A stretch of DNA of 11,912 nt from Gammaproteobacteria bacterium (GTDB taxonomy: Bacteria; Pseudomonadota; Gammaproteobacteria; JABXHR01): positions 1 through 11,912 of the forward strand of contig JABXHR010000283.1 of the NCBI GenBank assembly GCA_013373515.1. The letters are read 5' to 3'. The notes beneath the pieces were generated by a model. The model had not been told where the DNA came from, made no database searches, and worked only from the letters and a program-made list of their open reading frames with translations. Of this stretch, positions 7,290-11,912 are shown piece after piece. The first letter of the stretch is position 1; every line of letters begins with the position of its first letter. The position numbers were made by a program, and so were the translations under genes.

Positions 7290-7444
7290 TCACCCTTCGC
7301 ACCGCCGGTGAAAATTTTGATGAATAAAATATGAATTTCAAAAGAATGTTCTTCTGCGGCCGATAGCACCGATGATGATACCGCCATGGAGGCGGAGGCC
7401 AACGCCACAATGTGACTGTGGCAGGTCGTGAACAGGAATCGGTT
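7290..7444. promoter_or_regulatory. Divergent promoter region between the 4-TM membrane protein gene and the large protease/lipoprotein ORF
   Basis: An AT-rich block at 7308..7355 (gtgaaaattttgatgaataaaatatgaatttcaaaagaatgttcttc) contains TTGATG -35-like and TATGAA/AATAAA -10-like hexamers. An AGGAA Shine-Dalgarno at 7433..7437 sits 7 nt before the ATG at 7445. Confidence 0.3.
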
Positions 7445-10400
7445 ATGAATATTGTCAATCTCCTCTGCACTCGTTTATCTCGTTACCGCCTATTGGCTTG
7501 GTTGGCGGCAGCCCTCCCAGTGGCCGGTATTTCAATGGAATATTACCTGCCCGAGCAGCCCGAATCTGCAATCGCTGCGACGCTGCCCCTAGGTGACGTC
7601 ACGCTCGCATCGAGCTACCACGTCTATCAAGATCAAAAAATCACGCAAGGTGATATCTTGCTGCCCAAAGCCGGACTGAACGCAAGAAGCGCCATTTTTG
7701 ACAATCGCAGTCTATGGCAGAACGGCATTGTGCCTTATGTCATTGCCGAAGGTGTCAGCGACGGATTACGTGCGCGATTAACCGATGCCATTCAACATTG
7801 GCACGATGCGACGGGATTGCGCTTCGAAGCACATACCGACACTCATAACCTCGGCGCATTTGTCGCCGTCTATGGCGCGGATATTTGCGCCTCTAATATC
7901 GGCAAAGTGGGCACGGTAAATTACCTTCTGCTCTCTGAGTTCTGCTCAACGGGGTCTATCATCCACGAGCTGGGCCATACAGCAGGCCTACTCCACGAAC
8001 ATATGCGGTCTGATCGAGACGCCTACATTCAGATCAATACAGAGAACATCCGACCGCAAGCGCTGCACAATTTCACCGAGACTGCGCCGATCGGATTTCG
8101 CAATTTTGGTGACTACGACTTCGACAGCATAATGCACTACACAGCGACCGCGTTTTCAGCCAACGGCTCACCGACGATCACGGCTAGATATGCAAACGTC
8201 GAATTCGGGCAGCGAGATCACTTAAGTGCGCTAGACCGCGCCACGGTCAACCTAATGTACGGCAGCGATATCGCAATTCAAGCCACACTGAGCAATCAAA
8301 ATTCGACTCTGCCAACGCTAACCCTTACCGTTCACAATCAAGGGCCAATGGGTGTCAACGATATCGATCTTTCAATGGCCAGTACAGAGGGAATCGCCGC
8401 ACCACGGTTTACTGCCGGAAGCTGCGCCGAACAGTCAAAATGTGTTGTACCGCACTTGGACGCAGGCGAGCAAATTGAACTGATAGTACGCCTGTATAGC
8501 AGGGATATGGGCACGGATCACGTGAAAGTGACGGCCAGTAGTCAGGTTCACGACCACGACCTGAGCAACAACATGCACACGCTGCCTGTGGCGATCAACC
8601 ATATTTCACACCCGCCGATGCAAAACGACGAATTGACCAGTGTGGCGGGCGGCAGCCTGAGTGGATTCACGGCATTGGTATTGTCAATGCTTACACTGGT
8701 TACACGACAAACTCGACAGCGACCTCAGACGAAGTTACCCATCATCACAGTGGGCCCCCTGGCCGCCTTGTTGATGGTGTTAACGGGTTGCGAGCAAGGC
8801 TCAACTGCCATCGAAATCCGCGACCTTCAAAGCGATACAGCCTCCGTTAGTCAAGATGCCATCACACGCAATCTTTGGGCAAGCACCATACCCTTGGAGG
8901 CGGCCGACTCCATCCGACTATTAAAGACCACCGTTCGTGATCGACGGGGAGTCCACCACAATTGGGACGATGTCAGCGAGCGGATCGACACCAACCAGGC
9001 CACGATGAGCTTGCCTGCCTTCGAAAGCGATGAGGAGTTCTTAGGGGAAGTTTATCGATTGGAGGCAGATTTTGACGGCTACGTGATCGGACGCGTTCTT
9101 TACCAAGATCAAAATACGCCAAAAACACTTGCGCTAGAAATTTTGCCGATCCACGACCTTATTTATCAGTCAACACGCTGGACGGCACAGCGCACTGTTA
9201 GCCAAATCGAAGATGAAAAAGTCGACCAAATGGTCAATCTCGGCCTGAGCTTGATCAAGCGGATCGACTCGATTTGGCGCACATTGACGCTTGGGAAAAC
9301 ACATGCCTACACGCCGTTTGACGCCGATGCCGCCAAGCTCATTGACTTTAATAAGCCCATCGTTCTATCGCATTACGCCGAGCGGGTACACAAACAACAG
9401 GACAGAGGGCCAATAGTCACTGAACTGTTAAGCATGCACAGCTACGTGCCAGATCGCCGGCTCGACGACATTCTGCAAATTGGCAAGCAAGTGATTCTGA
9501 GCAACCAAAGTGCCTGCACCTGGTTAACCCAACGCTATCAGAGCGGATTCTTCAATATCAGCGATCAAGACCTCTGCCTAGATCCTGCAGACTTAATAGT
9601 GCACAATCACAACGCGATCGTCCTGCGCGTCCAACCCAATGTGCTGCAGCTCTACACGCTCAGCAACGAACGACTGATTTATGAAGATCGCCTGACTTTG
9701 GATGTGCCGATTTTAGATGTTGCCGCCTATGACAGTGGCTTCGCCATACTCGGCGACGATAAGGTGCTTTATTACTATCGCACCGACGGGGCCAAGTTTG
9801 AGTCAATCGACAGCATAGCAGTCAAATTTGGTCCGGTTGGATTACAAGTGTTTGATAACCAGCTGATGGTCTATGGCGTCCAAAATCATCTTTATCACCT
9901 GCAGGACAATCTGCTCGTTCATCAAAAGAAATTGCTCACCAAGGGTATCGTCGCTCAGGGCGGTGTAAGTGGAAAAGACTTTGTTATTTTGCACGGCAAG
10001 ACACGTCTATTGGTTTACCGACAAGCGGCAGACGGACTGCTGGCATACACAGAGCACCTAACTTGGGCTCCCATCTACTTCAGTCCCCCGCGCTCCGATC
10101 TTACCCTCGACGATGTGGTACTGATCGATGACCAACTTCATGGCATCTTCAGCTGGGCGTTCCACACAGGAGATGGGACACCAAGCGCAAGGCATTACTA
10201 CGATACGGCACACGTGATTCACGACGACAGTGGGCTACATGTCGATACCGCCTACACCCCCGTCAAAATTGGCGATCGAAAAAACAATGCCAAACTCAAA
10301 ATGGTGGGCACTACATTGATGATGGTACACAGTGACGGCCCACCGATTTCCCTTGGGACGAACTTTATCGAAGTATTGGAAAGTGCCCACAAATTCAATT

Positions 10401-11386
10401 ATCTAACCGACATCGAGCTGTTCGACACCAACGCAGCGAAAAATAGCGCGGTAGCGCTTGGCAAGGTGCCCGGTCAAGTCGACGCCTACTTGCGCGACAA
10501 TCTGTACATCGTCGAAGGTCATGACCGCTTGTATTACTACTACGCCCCGCTTGAAGACAGTGCAGTCTACCAAGTCGATCAAGGGATCGATTGGATGGGC
10601 AAGGTGGGTGATCAGTATTGGCTGACCTCCATGGACGGTCGATTGATACGGCTGACGCATGATAGTGACAACCAACAGTTTATTGAAACGCACAATACAA
10701 CCACCAAGCCAATCGAGTCAGCGGCTTCCGGCGATCATTTTGTAGCATGGAATCTCTATGGCAGCGGGCTGCATCTGAGCGCGCTTGAAGCAGATACACC
10801 ACAGAACGCCACGATTGCACTCGACATGGACAACATCAGCCATTACAAAGTTCACCGCAACCAAATCGCGGTCGGCGGTTTAGGTGAGTTGGCCGTATGG
10901 GAAATCGCACCCGATCTTGAGCCAACGCTACGCTACCGTGCAAACACCGCCAGTGTGATCGACGACATTGTGTGGCTGGACGACAACACCATCGCGTACA
11001 CAGACGGTGCACTCGGCGTCAAAGTGCTCTCGATCGATGGCCAATCCGTCCAAACCCTGTCCAGTATTGAAACCTACAGCACCGTCCGACAACTGGCCTA
11101 CGCGGATGGCTACCTTGCATTGGCTGACGAATCAAATACTCTGCTGGTCTATGACCTCAAAGACCCCAGCAAACCCCAAAATATCGGCGTGCTCGCACTG
11201 GTGCCAGAAATAAAGTCGATCGCGTTCAATCAAGTGCCCGTGCCGGGTACAGACTTAGTCAACCCCTATCTACAGCTAAGTCTTAGCGGCAGTACGCTCT
11301 ATCAGCTTTTTGTGCCACAACGACAGCTTGCATGTGATGGTCTTGCCGCGCTGGAGGATGGTCGACGGCATTGTAGGGTGAATTAG
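7412..11386 (+). CDS. Large secreted multidomain protein: signal peptide, astacin-family (M12A) zinc metalloprotease, CARDB/DUF11-like domain, GlyGly-CTERM-like segment, lipoprotein-type signal/lipobox, then an LVIVD-repeat beta-propeller-like region. Apparent in-frame fusion of two genes.
   Basis: Continuous 1324-codon ORF. The likely real start is the ATG at 7445 (MNIVNLLCTRLSRYRLLAWLAAALPVAGIS is a signal peptide) with an AGGAA Shine-Dalgarno.
- Astacin signature HELGHTAGLLHEHMRSDRD at nt 7964..8020 (HExxHxxGxxHExxRxDRD) and Met-turn SIMHY at 8126..8140.
- DUF11/CARDB-like beta domain, aa ~290-400.
- aa 412-439, AGGSLSGFTALVLSMLTLVTRQTRQRPQ (nt 8645..8728), matches the GlyGly-CTERM architecture.
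- aa 441-460, KLPIITVGPLAALLMVLTGC (nt 8732..8791), is a lipoprotein signal peptide with an LTGC lipobox.
- The C-terminal ~860 aa carry LVIVD-type repeats (e.g. VRQLAYADGYLALADESNTLLVYDLKDPSKPQNIGVLAL at nt ~11084..11203) and other YYY/propeller-like repeats. Confidence 0.85.
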   Translation: MTVAGREQESVMNIVNLLCTRLSRYRLLAWLAAALPVAGISMEYYLPEQPESAIAATLPLGDVTLASSYHVYQDQKITQGDILLPKAGLNARSAIFDNRSLWQNGIVPYVIAEGVSDGLRARLTDAIQHWHDATGLRFEAHTDTHNLGAFVAVYGADICASNIGKVGTVNYLLLSEFCSTGSIIHELGHTAGLLHEHMRSDRDAYIQINTENIRPQALHNFTETAPIGFRNFGDYDFDSIMHYTATAFSANGSPTITARYANVEFGQRDHLSALDRATVNLMYGSDIAIQATLSNQNSTLPTLTLTVHNQGPMGVNDIDLSMASTEGIAAPRFTAGSCAEQSKCVVPHLDAGEQIELIVRLYSRDMGTDHVKVTASSQVHDHDLSNNMHTLPVAINHISHPPMQNDELTSVAGGSLSGFTALVLSMLTLVTRQTRQRPQTKLPIITVGPLAALLMVLTGCEQGSTAIEIRDLQSDTASVSQDAITRNLWASTIPLEAADSIRLLKTTVRDRRGVHHNWDDVSERIDTNQATMSLPAFESDEEFLGEVYRLEADFDGYVIGRVLYQDQNTPKTLALEILPIHDLIYQSTRWTAQRTVSQIEDEKVDQMVNLGLSLIKRIDSIWRTLTLGKTHAYTPFDADAAKLIDFNKPIVLSHYAERVHKQQDRGPIVTELLSMHSYVPDRRLDDILQIGKQVILSNQSACTWLTQRYQSGFFNISDQDLCLDPADLIVHNHNAIVLRVQPNVLQLYTLSNERLIYEDRLTLDVPILDVAAYDSGFAILGDDKVLYYYRTDGAKFESIDSIAVKFGPVGLQVFDNQLMVYGVQNHLYHLQDNLLVHQKKLLTKGIVAQGGVSGKDFVILHGKTRLLVYRQAADGLLAYTEHLTWAPIYFSPPRSDLTLDDVVLIDDQLHGIFSWAFHTGDGTPSARHYYDTAHVIHDDSGLHVDTAYTPVKIGDRKNNAKLKMVGTTLMMVHSDGPPISLGTNFIEVLESAHKFNYLTDIELFDTNAAKNSAVALGKVPGQVDAYLRDNLYIVEGHDRLYYYYAPLEDSAVYQVDQGIDWMGKVGDQYWLTSMDGRLIRLTHDSDNQQFIETHNTTTKPIESAASGDHFVAWNLYGSGLHLSALEADTPQNATIALDMDNISHYKVHRNQIAVGGLGELAVWEIAPDLEPTLRYRANTASVIDDIVWLDDNTIAYTDGALGVKVLSIDGQSVQTLSSIETYSTVRQLAYADGYLALADESNTLLVYDLKDPSKPQNIGVLALVPEIKSIAFNQVPVPGTDLVNPYLQLSLSGSTLYQLFVPQRQLACDGLAALEDGRRHCRVN
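8645..8791 (+). other. Internal junction carrying two sorting signals: GlyGly-CTERM-like motif (8645..8728) directly followed by a lipoprotein signal peptide with lipobox LTGC (8732..8791)
   Basis: Read directly from the translation: GGS, a hydrophobic helix and the basic cluster TRQTRQR, then KLPIITVGPLAALLMVLTGC-EQG. No stop codon separates the two. A GTG at 8750 (V447) is a possible but Shine-Dalgarno-less internal start. The ACG AAG at 8729..8734 would read ATG AAG (MKLPII...) with one substitution. Confidence 0.5.
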
Positions 11387-11396
11387 TGCCCGAGTT

Positions 11397-11912
11397 CTAG
11401 CCCTCCAGCGTCAGGCGCAACAGGCCCCACAGCGCTAGCCCCAACAGCAATGCTAAGCAGAACGGTCGGTAATAACGCTCCCACTCGGGGCGGAACAATG
11501 CCTTACCGACACCAATGCCTAAGGTCACAGCGGGCAGCAATGCCAACGCTCGCCAAGACGCCGTTGAATCCATCACGCCCGTTATCATCAGTGCAGCCAG
11601 CGAAAACACTTCGCTCAGCGCCAAATAAAGTACCAAGCTCGCGCGTACAACCGCTGCCGGTGCAGTTGAACTGAGCATATACAGCGCAACCACCATCCCC
11701 CCTACGGACGCCAAACCGGTCGCCATGCCTGCGCCCGCGCCCATCAGCGCAGTGCCAACTGGCGTGTGCAGCCGAGAAAGGTTCAGCCTCAACAACAAGG
11801 CGCTTGCCAATAGCGCAATCACCAACAGCGCCACCAAACGTGATACGTCAACCGCAATGGCCTGGGTTAACATCAAGCCAAACACCACCGCAATGGCCGA
11901 GGTCAGCGCCAG
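11397..11912 (-). CDS. TSUP (TauE/SafE-type) family inner-membrane permease, C-terminal part; 5' end lies beyond the window
   Basis: The hydrophobic ORF continues in frame past 11888 to the window edge (upstream codons read LALTSAIA). It has the glycine-rich TSUP-like motif TALMGAGAGMATGLASVGGMVVALYML and a C-terminal helix pattern typical of 4+4 TM TSUP proteins. The stop at 11397..11399 is only 10 bp from the stop of the convergent large ORF. Confidence 0.55.
   Translation of the reverse strand: MALTSAIAVVFGLMLTQAIAVDVSRLVALLVIALLASALLLRLNLSRLHTPVGTALMGAGAGMATGLASVGGMVVALYMLSSTAPAAVVRASLVLYLALSEVFSLAALMITGVMDSTASWRALALLPAVTLGIGVGKALFRPEWERYYRPFCLALLLGLALWGLLRLTLEG

Noticed and set aside
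7276-7470. 64-aa minus-strand ORF spanning the divergent promoter region and the start of the large ORF
   Set aside because: It would overlap both the promoter and the 5' end of the strongly supported protease ORF. Low-complexity PPPW-rich translation.
10403-11213. ORFs 10403..10693- and 10968..11213+ inside the large ORF
   Set aside because: They are nested within the region encoding recognisable LVIVD repeats in the main frame. No support.
11450-11674. 74-aa plus-strand ORF antisense to the TSUP gene
   Set aside because: Pro/Arg/Ser-rich off-frame translation of a GC-rich membrane-protein gene.
1-11912. Scan for CRISPR arrays, tRNA/rRNA genes, IS elements, integrases, toxin-antitoxin pairs
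   Set aside because: I found no regularly spaced direct repeats, no cloverleaf-compatible segments with conserved T-loop (GTTCRANYC) motifs, and no transposase or integrase-like ORFs. The window appears to lack these feature classes.

Overview
This window is a gamma-proteobacterial chromosomal segment, probably from a Vibrionaceae-, Shewanella- or Alteromonadales-like organism at about 50% GC. The lineage guess rests on the homogentisate 1,2-dioxygenase/FAH gene pair and a GlyGly-CTERM-type sorting signal. I found no mobile elements, CRISPR arrays, tRNA or rRNA genes. Gene order, left to right:
- the 5' end of an unidentified minus-strand gene (1..65);
- a translationally coupled homogentisate-pathway pair on the minus strand: a FAH-family hydrolase (88..1098) and homogentisate 1,2-dioxygenase hmgA (1095..2405);
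- a divergently transcribed MarR-family regulator (2483..2929), with a perfect 15-bp inverted-repeat operator candidate in the shared promoter region;
- an AT-rich 260-bp intergenic region;
- a membrane-anchored HAMP-GGDEF-EAL c-di-GMP enzyme (3190..5160);
- a flotillin-like SPFH/band-7 membrane protein with a long E/Q/R/A-rich coiled coil (5238..6641);
- a GC-rich, hairpin- and palindrome-dense ~200-bp convergent intergenic region (6642..6839), a possible sRNA, terminator cluster or repeat element;
- a small 4-TM membrane protein on the minus strand (6840..7289);
- a 1324-aa ORF (7412..11386);
- the 3' part of a convergent TSUP/TauE-SafE-type permease gene running off the window (11397..11912).
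The 1324-aa ORF is the most unusual object. It reads as an in-frame fusion of two parts. The first is a secreted astacin-family (M12A) zinc metalloprotease with a CARDB/DUF11-like domain, ending in a sequence that looks exactly like a GlyGly-CTERM rhombosortase sorting signal. The second follows immediately: a lipoprotein-type signal peptide with an LTGC lipobox, then an ~860-aa LVIVD-repeat beta-propeller-like moiety. That is two sorting signals back to back in the middle of one reading frame.
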